Assembly (NCBI GenBank): GCA_021805985.1
Contig: JAJZDN010000014.1
Coordinates: 9,230-73,229 of the forward strand
Reading direction: 5' to 3'
DNA from: Planctomycetota bacterium
GTDB lineage: Bacteria > Planctomycetota > Phycisphaerae > WQYP01
DNA length: 64,000 nucleotides
Both the position numbers and the translations under genes were made by a program. Below are positions 30,266-38,838 of this stretch, piece by piece. Each line of letters begins with the position of its first letter. The stretch's first letter is position 1. The notes below the pieces were generated by a model. That model ran no database searches, had not been told where the DNA came from, and saw only the letters and a list, made by a program, of their open reading frames with translations.

Positions 30266-30892
30266 ATGCAAAATAAAACGTTTATTCTCGCTATCACCGG
30301 AGCTTCCGGGGCCATTTATGCACGGAAAATTCTGCAGGGGCTTTCCAGCGCGGGTTGCCGGGTGTATCTGGTTATTTCCCCGGCAGGCCGCAGGCTTTTA
30401 CATGATGAGCTGGGCGTAGAACATCCTGATCCGGAAGAAATTCTGGCCATGGGCATTGGCCATGACATCATCCCGCTGCCCTATCAAGACATTGGTGCGT
30501 GTATTGCATCCGGATCATATAAAACGCATGGCATGGTGGTGGCACCATGTTCCAGCAATAAACTGGCGGAAATTTCCCGGGGCCTGGGCGATAACCTGAT
30601 TGGGCGGGCGGCGCAAGTGACGCTGAAGGAGCGGAGACCGTTGATTTTGCTGCACCGTGAAATGCCCGTTGGGTTAATTGAGCTTCGGAATATGTGTCAA
30701 CTGGCTGAAGCAGGCGCAATAATTTGTCCGGCCAGCCCCGGATTTTATAAAACCCCGCAGACCATTGATGATCTGGTGACCATGGTCGCCGGACGGGTGC
30801 TGGATTTACTGGACGTGCCGCACGACTGGAATACGCGCTGGGCCGGAGCCGGGGCGCGGCGCGACCCAGGAGACCGCTCCCCAAACGTTTAA
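30266..30892 (+). CDS. ubiX: flavin prenyltransferase UbiX
   Basis: AITGASGA, IASGS, VAPCS, DNLIGRAAQVTLKERRPL, PASPGFY. Confidence 0.95.
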   Translation: MQNKTFILAITGASGAIYARKILQGLSSAGCRVYLVISPAGRRLLHDELGVEHPDPEEILAMGIGHDIIPLPYQDIGACIASGSYKTHGMVVAPCSSNKLAEISRGLGDNLIGRAAQVTLKERRPLILLHREMPVGLIELRNMCQLAEAGAIICPASPGFYKTPQTIDDLVTMVAGRVLDLLDVPHDWNTRWAGAGARRDPGDRSPNV

Positions 30893-31016
30893 TTCCCTGT
30901 CTCGAAAGTTCCGCGGGGAAGCCTCTCGGCGTCATGGCTGCAAGTGTCAACAGTTTGCGATATGCTGATTAGTGGCGGGGCGTCCGAAGAGCCGCTGATT
31001 TGTGATGGAGTTGCCC

Positions 31017-31781
31017 ATGAAATATAAAAATCCGAGCATCATTGAGGCGTTGTGTGAATTCACTTTCGCCCCTGAAACTCCCTGGGACTCCACGATCTTT
31101 GGACGCTTCTATGAACAGGTAAAAAACGATTTTCCGCAAAGGGATGAAGGCGAAGTGGTCACCGCCTCACTAACCTTGAACCTCCAGCCCGCACACAACC
31201 CAGCGGCTCCGCAATTAACCCGCTCGCCGCGCATGGCCTTCTCATGCGAAGGCCGGACGCGATTGATACAGGTTTCGGAGCGTTTGCTAAGTGTTCATGT
31301 GCTTGCGCCCTATCCCGGATGGGACGAACAGTTCCGTAAAATGATTCTCAATGCGATGGGCGTATATCGGCGCGTAACTGGAATTTCGGAGGTGGCCCAG
31401 ATCGTGCTGCGGTATCTTGATCGGTTCGATTTTGAGGATCCGTCCTTCCGCCTTGGCGATTGGCTTAACTGCGATGGCGGCCTCTTTGCAAGGGAACTCG
31501 CCGAGCAGTCTTTGATGGCCTACCAAATAAGGCATCCGCTATCTGACGGTGAACATTTCGCTATGACCGCTGTGTCGGGAACTATCGAAAATAATCTCGT
31601 CGCCTGCAATGTTACTCTTGATACGCAGATCATCCGGGCGCAACCGATAGAAATGGATGCTGCTTCCACTCCGCTCGACTCTATGCACAGCCGGATCATC
31701 CATGCATTTGAACGGTCGATTACGGAGAAAATGCGGGAGCGGCTTGGGCCGATCCTGCAGAAGCATGGAGATGAGAAATGA
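31017..31781 (+). CDS. TIGR04255-like protein
   Basis: YKNPSIIEALCEFTF start, LIQV...L.VH...PYPGW, IVLRYLDRF, TLD, and LDSMH......FERSITEK end. Confidence 0.75.
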   Translation: MKYKNPSIIEALCEFTFAPETPWDSTIFGRFYEQVKNDFPQRDEGEVVTASLTLNLQPAHNPAAPQLTRSPRMAFSCEGRTRLIQVSERLLSVHVLAPYPGWDEQFRKMILNAMGVYRRVTGISEVAQIVLRYLDRFDFEDPSFRLGDWLNCDGGLFARELAEQSLMAYQIRHPLSDGEHFAMTAVSGTIENNLVACNVTLDTQIIRAQPIEMDAASTPLDSMHSRIIHAFERSITEKMRERLGPILQKHGDEK

Positions 31782-32167
31782 TTGAGTACTCCTACGCAAC
31801 AATAAACCCAATTCGCTATCCGCAGGCAGGCACCTTGCCGGGAAATCAACCGGAAACCGCCAGCCGGTCTGTGTGGTCAACTGGTAATACGTTTCCCGCG
31901 GCCATCTATCGTACAACCGCAATCAGCGACAGCGCCACGCGCGGAATAATGATTGGCAGCCTGCTTTTGCGGCAAAGTGCGTTAACGCCGTTGTATATGG
32001 AATTGGGGTATTCGCTTGTGACACACGCAGCACCTCCAAGGCCCGACGCTCTGGAGTTGTTAGAGCGATGGTACGCTACCGACAGCCACCAGCCCAGCCA
32101 GTACTGGGATGAACTTCAGGCAGAAGTGGCGGCTAATCGGTTTACGGCGCGAAAAAATGGGGGATGA
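31778..32167 (+). CDS. putative antitoxin with long N-terminal extension
   Basis: ATGA-coupled to the TIGR04255-like gene; C-terminal ALELLERW...YWDELQAEVAANRF resembles PIN-neutralising antitoxin tails. Confidence 0.5.
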   Translation: MIEYSYATINPIRYPQAGTLPGNQPETASRSVWSTGNTFPAAIYRTTAISDSATRGIMIGSLLLRQSALTPLYMELGYSLVTHAAPPRPDALELLERWYATDSHQPSQYWDELQAEVAANRFTARKNGG

Positions 32168-32173
32168 CGGACG

Positions 32174-32578
32174 ATGCGATATGTCATCGATACAAACATC
32201 TGGATACGTGTGCTCCGCAAAGAAAATAAAGTGAGAGGTCCGTTGCAGGCCGCACTGGCCCGAAGCGATGAAATATTTATCGCGTCGATCGTTTATTTTG
32301 AGCTATTGCGCGGCCTGGAGGCTCGCGGTGACACCGAGAGCATCCGGTTTATCGAGCATTTTCTTGCCAGCCAGTCCCATATCTACCAAGAGTGCTCAAA
32401 GCCTGTATGGGATACGGCTATTGGCTTATGGACGACAGCCCTAAGAAACAACAAGGCCCGCGGCGATGCCGATATTCTGATCGCGGCCTTTGCGACCCAA
32501 CTGAAAGCGACTGTGGTAACGGACAATGAAAAACACTTTAGCCACCTCGACGTCCCGATTGAAAATTGGAACCAATGA
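32174..32578 (+). CDS. PIN-domain toxin (VapC)
   Basis: YVIDTNIW, SIVYFELLRG, DADILIAA, VVTDNEKHF. Confidence 0.92.
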   Translation: MRYVIDTNIWIRVLRKENKVRGPLQAALARSDEIFIASIVYFELLRGLEARGDTESIRFIEHFLASQSHIYQECSKPVWDTAIGLWTTALRNNKARGDADILIAAFATQLKATVVTDNEKHFSHLDVPIENWNQ

Positions 32579-32588
32579 GGGGTAATAC

Positions 32589-33542
32589 ATGATGACTGAT
32601 TTGAACGCTGTAGTGCCCCAGAACAAACCCGGTGTGGTTAAACGCTTGGGCACTTTTCTGGAGATGATCAAGTTTTCCCACAGTATTTTTGCCATGCCAT
32701 TTGCGCTGATAGCGGCATTCCTGGCAGCACGGGTCATTGATTTGGTGTGGCCGGGATGGATTCGTCTGGGATTAATTGTAGTGTGCATGGTTCTGGCCCG
32801 GACATTTGCCATGACGTTTAATCGCCTGGTAGACCGTAATTTTGATAGCCGCAACCCGCGCGCCATGCGCCGGCCCAGTGTGACGGGAGAAGTATCCGTA
32901 GCGTTTATGATCGGGACGCTAGTGATCTGCGGGTTATTGTTTATTGGCGCGACGCTGTTATTTGATCTGATTCTGGGCAATATATATCCCGTGGTTCTGG
33001 CGGTGCCGGTACTGGGGTGGATTGCGTTATACAGTATGACCAAACGCTTCACCTGGTTGTGCCATTTTTTTCTGGGCAGCTCGCTGTGTCTGGCCCCGAT
33101 TAGCGCCTGGATTGCTATTGTGCCACCCCATGGTCCGGTGCTGGGCGTGCAGGTTCTTCTGCTGGCGGGCGCGGTACTGTTCTGGCTGCCGGGATTTGAT
33201 ATTTTGTATGCTTTGCAGGATGTGGAAATCGACCGCAAGGAGAAGCTCTTTTCCCTGCCGGCGAGATTCGGCATTGCCGAAAGCCTGTGGATTTCCCGCG
33301 CTTGCCATTTTCTGGTGATTGTCCTGCTGCTGGCCTTTGGCTTGGGCGTCGGTGGAGGTTTGCCCCTGGGCCCGGTTTACTGGTTGGGATTTGTAGCTGT
33401 GGTGCTGCTTTTGACTATTGAACAATCGTTGGTGAAACCAAATGATATTTCCAAGGTTAATCTGGCATTTATGACCATGAACGGATTGGTAGGACTGATT
33501 TTCGGATTGACCACCATCGCAGCGATTCTGTTACATCAGTAA
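32589..33542 (+). CDS. ubiA: UbiA-family prenyltransferase (MqnP-like, futalosine pathway)
   Basis: FLEMIKFSHSIFAMPFA, ARTFAMTFNRLVDRNFDSRNPR, YSMTKRFT, GFDILYALQD, VNLAFMTMNG. Confidence 0.88.
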   Translation: MMTDLNAVVPQNKPGVVKRLGTFLEMIKFSHSIFAMPFALIAAFLAARVIDLVWPGWIRLGLIVVCMVLARTFAMTFNRLVDRNFDSRNPRAMRRPSVTGEVSVAFMIGTLVICGLLFIGATLLFDLILGNIYPVVLAVPVLGWIALYSMTKRFTWLCHFFLGSSLCLAPISAWIAIVPPHGPVLGVQVLLLAGAVLFWLPGFDILYALQDVEIDRKEKLFSLPARFGIAESLWISRACHFLVIVLLLAFGLGVGGGLPLGPVYWLGFVAVVLLLTIEQSLVKPNDISKVNLAFMTMNGLVGLIFGLTTIAAILLHQ

Positions 33543-33547
33543 AGGAG

Positions 33548-34033
33548 TTGCCGGAAGTGAAGGGCTTTTCCGAACGAAATTTGAAATTGATGACGCAATT
33601 CTGTCGCGAATATCCCCATCTTCTACCAATTGGGCAACAGCCTGTTGCCCAATTGCCATGGGGGCATAATGTGCTGCTTATGCAGCGAGTGAAATCCCCC
33701 ACCATTCGTCTGTGGTATATGCGTGAGACGCTCCAGCATGGGTGGAGCCGCAATAATGATAAATTGCGCCACCCGGTGGACAATCCATCCATCGGTCTGA
33801 TTCTATGTCAGGATCGCAATCGGGTGGTCGCCGAGTATGCTCTGCGCGGCCTGCAGAAACCCATCGGTATTTCTGAGTATGAAATTACCCGCGCGTTGCC
33901 GAAAGATCTCAAATCCAGCCTGCCGTCAATAAAAGAAATTGAGGCGGAACTGACGCAGTCCGAAAAATCGACGGCAAAGCCGCCCGCCACGCGTAAAACG
34001 CGCAATCGATCAAATACCACCAATCGTTCATGA
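33548..34033 (+). pseudogene. DUF1016/YhcG-family nuclease remnant with the catalytic middle deleted in frame
   Basis: GFSERNLKLM.QF...QLPWGHN...WY......GWSRN fused directly to DNPSIGLILC......AEYAL.....PIGISEY...LPSIKEIEAEL; the PD-(D/E)xK core is absent. Confidence 0.8.
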
Positions 34034-34159
34034 ATGCCGGATACATGATATGCATAAACACATTATTATAACACATATACATGCATGGCCAATGGGGCAA
34101 CAGCCTGTTGCCCAATTGGCCCACGTGTGGGTTACAGCACTTTTCCGGAGGACGGGCAC

Positions 34160-34411
34160 GTGACATACCAGGATGATGACAGCAACGACGATGAACAGTG
34201 GAAAATTCAAAACCATATTCATACGGCAGCCTGTCCGAATTGCAGAAAAACGATTTATGACGACACGCCGCGCTGCCCATACTGTGGCCAATATATTACC
34301 AGTCGGCAGTTGCTCGGCGGTGGCGGTGCAGTGAAGTTTATAGGCATTGCGCTGTTATTCCTGGCATTGGCGATGTTTATTATCAGTTGGCTGTTTTCGC
34401 CGCCGTGGTGA
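34160..34411 (+). CDS. small Zn-ribbon membrane protein
   Basis: GGAGG then GTG; CPNC...IYDDTPRCPYCG; C-terminal TM helix. Confidence 0.65.
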   Translation: MTYQDDDSNDDEQWKIQNHIHTAACPNCRKTIYDDTPRCPYCGQYITSRQLLGGGGAVKFIGIALLFLALAMFIISWLFSPPW

Positions 34412-34578
34412 AGGGTTATTGCAGGGGCCTGATGCGCGGGCCGGCTTCGGGACAGCGCCTGGTGTACCTATCGCGACGAACTGAAGCGCGTCGTGTAATC
34501 AAATCCCATTTCCGCCGTCCACTCAACGCTTCCGTATTGAGCTACGGACCGCCGTGGGGTGGAATACGAACTATCGGA

Positions 34579-35994
34579 TTACTGAAATTCTGAGCCCGGA
34601 TGATAAGTTTCAAACCGGGTGTGCGACGCGACAAATGTCAGGCGGACTGTGTCGCAGGGGCCGTTGCGCTGTTTAGCGATAATCAGTTGTGCCTCATTGA
34701 GTTTATCGGGGTTGGCTTGGGCCCATTCCTGATCGCCGCGGTGCATGACGGCTTCACGATGCAGGAGCATAACGACATCAGCATCCTGTTCAATGCTGCC
34801 GGACTCGCGGAGGTCACTGGTGCGGGGGAGACGATTTTCACTTTCCGAGGCGCGATTCAACTGGGACAGGCATACCACGGGGCATTTTAATTCACGCGCC
34901 AAAGCCTTGACGCCGCGGCTGATGGAGCTAATTTGTTGCTGCCGGTTTTCCTCCCGCGGAGCTTCCATGAGTTGCAGGTAGTCAATGACGACCAGCTCAA
35001 TGCCATGCTGACTTAACAGGCGGCGTGCTTTGGTCCGCAGGTCCAGAATGGATAACGCGGGTGTATCATCAATAAAGATTTTTCCTTCCGATAGCTCCCC
35101 CACCGCCATACTCAAGCGGTTGCGGTCTTCCCGTGAAAGCATGTTGCGCCGGAGATTTTGAGAATCCACGCCGCTGCGCGAGCAGAGCATACGCTGGGCC
35201 AATTGCTGCTTGGACATTTCCAGTGAAAACACAGCAACGGGTTTTTTCAGATCCACGCCGACATGCTCAACGATATTCATAACCAGTGCGGTTTTTCCGA
35301 CACTGGGCCGGGCGGCCAGCACAATCATTTCTTCGCGCTGCAGGCCGCTGGTAAGGTTATCCAGTTCCACGTATCCACTTGGCACGCCGGTAATGGTGTT
35401 GCCGGTATTGCGGTCCAGCATTTCAAACGTTTCATGCAGGACATCGGTCAGTGACACGGGCTGGCCGGTAACTTTTAATTGGGCCACTTCAAATATTGTG
35501 CGCTCGCTACGGTCTAAGATGACCGCGGCCTCTTCGGAATTGTCATAGCATGATTCCAATGTCTGGGCACAGGCCGTGATAAGCCGCCGTAACAGGGCCT
35601 TATCCCGCACAATCTGGGCGTAGGCGATAGCGTTGGCAGCACTGGGCACACAGTTGACGAGTTGCTCGAGATAATCATATCCGCCGGCGGCATCGTAAAG
35701 ATTTTTCTGCTTGAGTTTGTGCGTAAGGGTAATGCCGTCCACGGCGGAGCTGGCCTGGAAAAGTTCCAGAACGCCTTCAAAAATAATTTCATTCTGTCGA
35801 CTGAAAAAGGCGTTGCCCGATTCAATAATCGCACAAACCGGTCCAATGACTTCCGGATCCAGCAGCATGGAACCCAGGAGTGCCATTTCAGATGCGGAAT
35901 CATGCGGAGGTGTGCGCTCGGTTACATTCTGCCCCTGAGATATTGCGAGCAATTCACGCGGACGGGGCCGGGCCGTTGTTAGAGCTTGATCCAT
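34579..35994 (-). CDS. dnaB: replicative DNA helicase
   Basis: PPHDSASEMALLGSML, LAARPSVGKTA, FSLEMS, IDYLQLM, LSQLNR, SDLRESGSIEQDAD, IAKQRNGP; no intein. Confidence 0.97.
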   Translation of the reverse strand: MDQALTTARPRPRELLAISQGQNVTERTPPHDSASEMALLGSMLLDPEVIGPVCAIIESGNAFFSRQNEIIFEGVLELFQASSAVDGITLTHKLKQKNLYDAAGGYDYLEQLVNCVPSAANAIAYAQIVRDKALLRRLITACAQTLESCYDNSEEAAVILDRSERTIFEVAQLKVTGQPVSLTDVLHETFEMLDRNTGNTITGVPSGYVELDNLTSGLQREEMIVLAARPSVGKTALVMNIVEHVGVDLKKPVAVFSLEMSKQQLAQRMLCSRSGVDSQNLRRNMLSREDRNRLSMAVGELSEGKIFIDDTPALSILDLRTKARRLLSQHGIELVVIDYLQLMEAPREENRQQQISSISRGVKALARELKCPVVCLSQLNRASESENRLPRTSDLRESGSIEQDADVVMLLHREAVMHRGDQEWAQANPDKLNEAQLIIAKQRNGPCDTVRLTFVASHTRFETYHPGSEFQ

Positions 35995-36537
35995 AAATCT
36001 TATTCTCGCGTTAAAGCTACGGTTTCGCATTGCAAAACCAGATCGCGGCAACATCCTTTTTGCCGCGCCTAATGTAACCCGGTTGATCCGATTTTGCACG
36101 GCCTGCAAGTAAGATTATGCCGACAGGTTTTCCACATAACGCAGATGTGCAGAACATTTGTTATCAAATCCAGCGGGGAATTTATCAGCTGCGGGAAGCT
36201 TGGCGGGGAGAGTGCATCGACACTCCACAGCTTGGTCTGGCCGTTGACCCCTTCTACCGCCGTGCGGCCCTTGCAGAGCTTTTCAAATTGTTGCGTGGGC
36301 CCGGGGCACGGGCCAACCTCCGTGCCAAGGTGCCGGCAAAAGTGGCCCTCAACGTGACCTGGGTTATTCACCACAACTAATACCCGTGTCAAGCCCCCGC
36401 GGGGTAAAATTATGAGAAAAAAGCCAAATCGTCGTAGCGGAAGAGGATTTCAGGCAACGGCTTTTACCCACACGGCCGGACACCGCGTCGATTTGGGGTT
36501 GCTCCCATCGCAACCGGCTTCAAGAACTGATTTTATG

Positions 36538-36566
36538 TTGACATACGCATTGCGTATAGCGATAAT
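36538..36566 (+). promoter_or_regulatory. near-consensus sigma70 promoter convergent to the DUF3800 operon
   Basis: TTGACA (36538-36543), 17-nt spacer, GATAAT (36561-36566); the spacer region holds the palindrome ATACGCATTGCGTAT. Confidence 0.7.
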
Positions 36567-36572
36567 AACTTA

Positions 36573-36640
36573 TAGCTCATCCACCATGTGTGGAAGGAGT
36601 ATTCGACGCCGCTCCCTAAAAAGGGCGGCGTCAGCTGTTT
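36573..36640 (+). ncRNA. candidate ~65-nt two-hairpin small RNA
   Basis: Begins about 7 nt after the -10 box: GCTC-A-TCCAC-CATGT-GTGGA-AG-GAGT, then GACGCCGC...GCGGCGTC followed by AGCTGTTT; overlaps the stop codon of 36631..37113. Confidence 0.5.
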
Positions 36641-37113
36641 ATAGGGTTGTCGTGTTCCGCGCTGAGGCGGCGTTTGGTATGTTCTCTGTTGGTGCGATAA
36701 GCTGTTTTGAGCAACAGGTAGTTTTGTCGTTGGGCCAAAACTATCAGATATTCTTCATTGAACCATAGCAGGTGGCAGATTTCACCATTCCGCCGATTGC
36801 TCCAGTTTTTCACCCAGCGGTCGTCGGGGTGTTCGATGATCGCACGGATCCAGCCTATGCGTTTACATCGTTCAAGATCGGGCAGGCGGTTTTCCTCTTT
36901 TGCTTTCAACCCGGCTTCGGAAACGCAATGCCAAAAGCCAAATCCCTTGCCATCGCTTGGCGGATGATATCTTGTTTTCACCACAAGCCCCTTGTAGGTG
37001 ACCTTGTGGTGGACAACATCATCCACGAAGCGCTTGTAGATGTCTTCCACATACGTATTCCAGTCGCCTGTAAATTCTATTAGTTCGGGCAGCCAGTCCG
37101 GATATGCGATCAT
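36631..37113 (-). CDS. putative ribonuclease (phage P1-related, barnase/EndoU/ColE5/RelE-like) of restriction-modification loci
   Basis: FWHCVS, RLPDLERCKRIGWIRAII, YLIVL...YLLLKTAY; ATGA-coupled to the DUF3800 gene. Confidence 0.6.
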   Translation of the reverse strand: MIAYPDWLPELIEFTGDWNTYVEDIYKRFVDDVVHHKVTYKGLVVKTRYHPPSDGKGFGFWHCVSEAGLKAKEENRLPDLERCKRIGWIRAIIEHPDDRWVKNWSNRRNGEICHLLWFNEEYLIVLAQRQNYLLLKTAYRTNREHTKRRLSAEHDNPINS

Positions 37114-37871
37114 GGCCCTATCTCCCGCGGCTGCCAGCGCAGGATGTTAAATTTGGATTCGCGGAGCCAGGTCGTTGCCTCAAGGCTTTTGTGGGATCGC
37201 TGCTGAATACGCGCCACTAATTCGAGTTTGCCGCTACGCTGCAAACTCGGCGATGGAAGGTTTCGTGCTTTCATGCGGTTGTGGTATGTCAAGGCTCCAA
37301 GGAGTAAATCCGCAATCTGCATAAGCTCTGATTCATTGGACCTGATTTGTTGTATACGCTGTAAGATTGTTCGCGTTTGATCATGCCTGTCAATGCGGAT
37401 TACCTGCTCTAGTTTTTTGCGCATTGTTTCACTCTGGGTATCCTTGATGTCGAGGTATACACTATATGCTTTTTCTGGATCGATAATTGGTTCAAGTACG
37501 CGGAACAGCATCTTGTAATACCAGTCATCGTGCGTCTGCGAATGGGCATGGTGGCGCAGTTGTTGCTTGTCTATCAGAGCGGCGCGAAAGTGTAGATCGT
37601 CATTATCGAAGAAATAATCGATTATCTCTTTGTAAAAGCCAATCTTTCCCGGGGACACCTTGGTCCACTTCATTTCGAAAGTACGAGCACCGCTGCCTGG
37701 GGACTCGCCGGTCTTCAGAAGTCCATGTTTCCCTTTAATCTCACGAATTCGGCGTGAGATTTCCGGCGTCTTGGCAGCGCTACACCAGACGCATCCCAGC
37801 GACATGAATCGGATTCCGTCATCTTGCAGATGGCAGCTCTCGTCGCAATAGATATTAAATAATTCAGCCAT
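37110..37871 (-). CDS. DUF3800-family protein (RNase H-like fold)
   Basis: NIYCDESCHL, EMKWTKVS, VYLDIKDT, SNESELMQIADLLLG. Confidence 0.85.
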   Translation of the reverse strand: MAELFNIYCDESCHLQDDGIRFMSLGCVWCSAAKTPEISRRIREIKGKHGLLKTGESPGSGARTFEMKWTKVSPGKIGFYKEIIDYFFDNDDLHFRAALIDKQQLRHHAHSQTHDDWYYKMLFRVLEPIIDPEKAYSVYLDIKDTQSETMRKKLEQVIRIDRHDQTRTILQRIQQIRSNESELMQIADLLLGALTYHNRMKARNLPSPSLQRSGKLELVARIQQRSHKSLEATTWLRESKFNILRWQPREIGP

Positions 37872-37922
37872 CCATAATTCTCCAGATAGATTTTATCTGA
37901 TAATCCCGGCATGGGAAGGACT

Positions 37923-37980
37923 TGCGGGTGGGGACACCTGCGGTCCCAATAGGGCGCACGGCGGCGTCCGCGTTCCCAGG
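37923..37980 (-). repeat. two tandem degenerate REP-like palindromes
   Basis: Minus strand TGGGAACGCGGACGCCGCCGTGCGC and TGGGACCGCAGGTGTCCCCACCCGC. Confidence 0.4.
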
Positions 37981-38008
37981 GATACTCCCAGTTCTTTGTT
38001 CATGGATT

Positions 38009-38200
38009 TTACTCCATGGGGAAGCCGAGGGACGCCAGGTTTTTGCGGATTTCTTTTTCCAGCTTTGCCGATTCGGCGAATTGCTGCGAAAGCGTAGCGG
38101 TGAGGCGTTTGATTTTCTCATCGAAGAACTCGCCATCTCCGGATACATCGGCGGTGCCGACATAGCGGCCGGGCGTGAGGATGTAGCCATTGGATTCATG
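38009..38200 (-). pseudogene. hsdM: type I restriction-modification methyltransferase C-terminal remnant
   Basis: NGYILTPGRYVG.......FDEKIKRLTATLSQQFAESAKLEKEIRKNLASLGF is the classic HsdM tail. Confidence 0.85.
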
Positions 38201-38408
38201 CGTTGTAATCGACATTTTGGGTATCGCGGGCCATCACCGGGCATCTTCCGTCATTGACTGGAAGATGCACATCAATCATCTGAATCCCAGCAAGTTGCTC
38301 CAGCACCGCGCGAGGCGTCAGGCCCGTCGCGACGCACCGCTTCTCCATCACACGATGATAGGTGTATGTTTTACCGTTCTTCTCGCGATTACTGGCACTG
38401 ATGAACAC
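38196..38408 (-). mobile_element. internally deleted IS1634-like transposase remnant
   Basis: GTG-FISASNREKNGKTYTYHRVMEKR (N-terminus) fused to GLTPRAVLEQLAGIQMIDVHLPVNDGR (C-terminus). Confidence 0.7.
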
Positions 38409-38680
38409 GTGTAATAATATCGCAAAATGCGGCAAAAATTGATAGAGCCGGCCCCCAAAATAGGTCTGTACCAGAACGGTTTTGCAAAAAAATACCACCT
38501 GGCGGTATCGCCGAAGCCATTTTATTATTTTTTCCCCACCAAAAACCAAGCAAAGTGCGAAGGTTAAGCTAACACGAGACGCCGCAGCCAGAAAGGTCAG
38601 TATATCAGGGTCTGTATTTGCGGCATGTACCGCGATTACTGCATGTGCTACCAATATTGATAAGCCTAACCGTAAACGCC

Positions 38681-38775
38681 TACTGCGTTCCACCGCCGGC
38701 AAAGCCGGCGGCTTTGTAGAGCTTTGTGAGGTTTGCCCCCATAGCGGTGTGGCGCGGAAATATTGCCACGCCGCC
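38681..38775 (+). repeat. dispersed hairpin repeat (family B, long form)
   Basis: TACTGCGTTCCACCGCCGGCAAAGCCGGCGGCTTTGTAGA...TGTGGCGCGGAAATATTGCCACGCCGC. Confidence 0.65.
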
Positions 38776-38838
38776 ATAACGGGTATGAACGCCAGCATGC
38801 GGTGATAACCGCATTTTGCGGTTATACTCCCCCACGAT

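Noticed and set aside
34040-34085. AT-rich patch resembling a dif site (also 51850-51890)
   Set aside because: No XerD arm TTATGTTAAAT at 6-bp spacing; more likely promoter DNA.
36117-36480. DnaA-box-like 9-mers and an 87-aa ORF upstream of dnaB
   Set aside because: Boxes are few and mismatched, with no unwinding element; the ORF has no recognisable motif or RBS.
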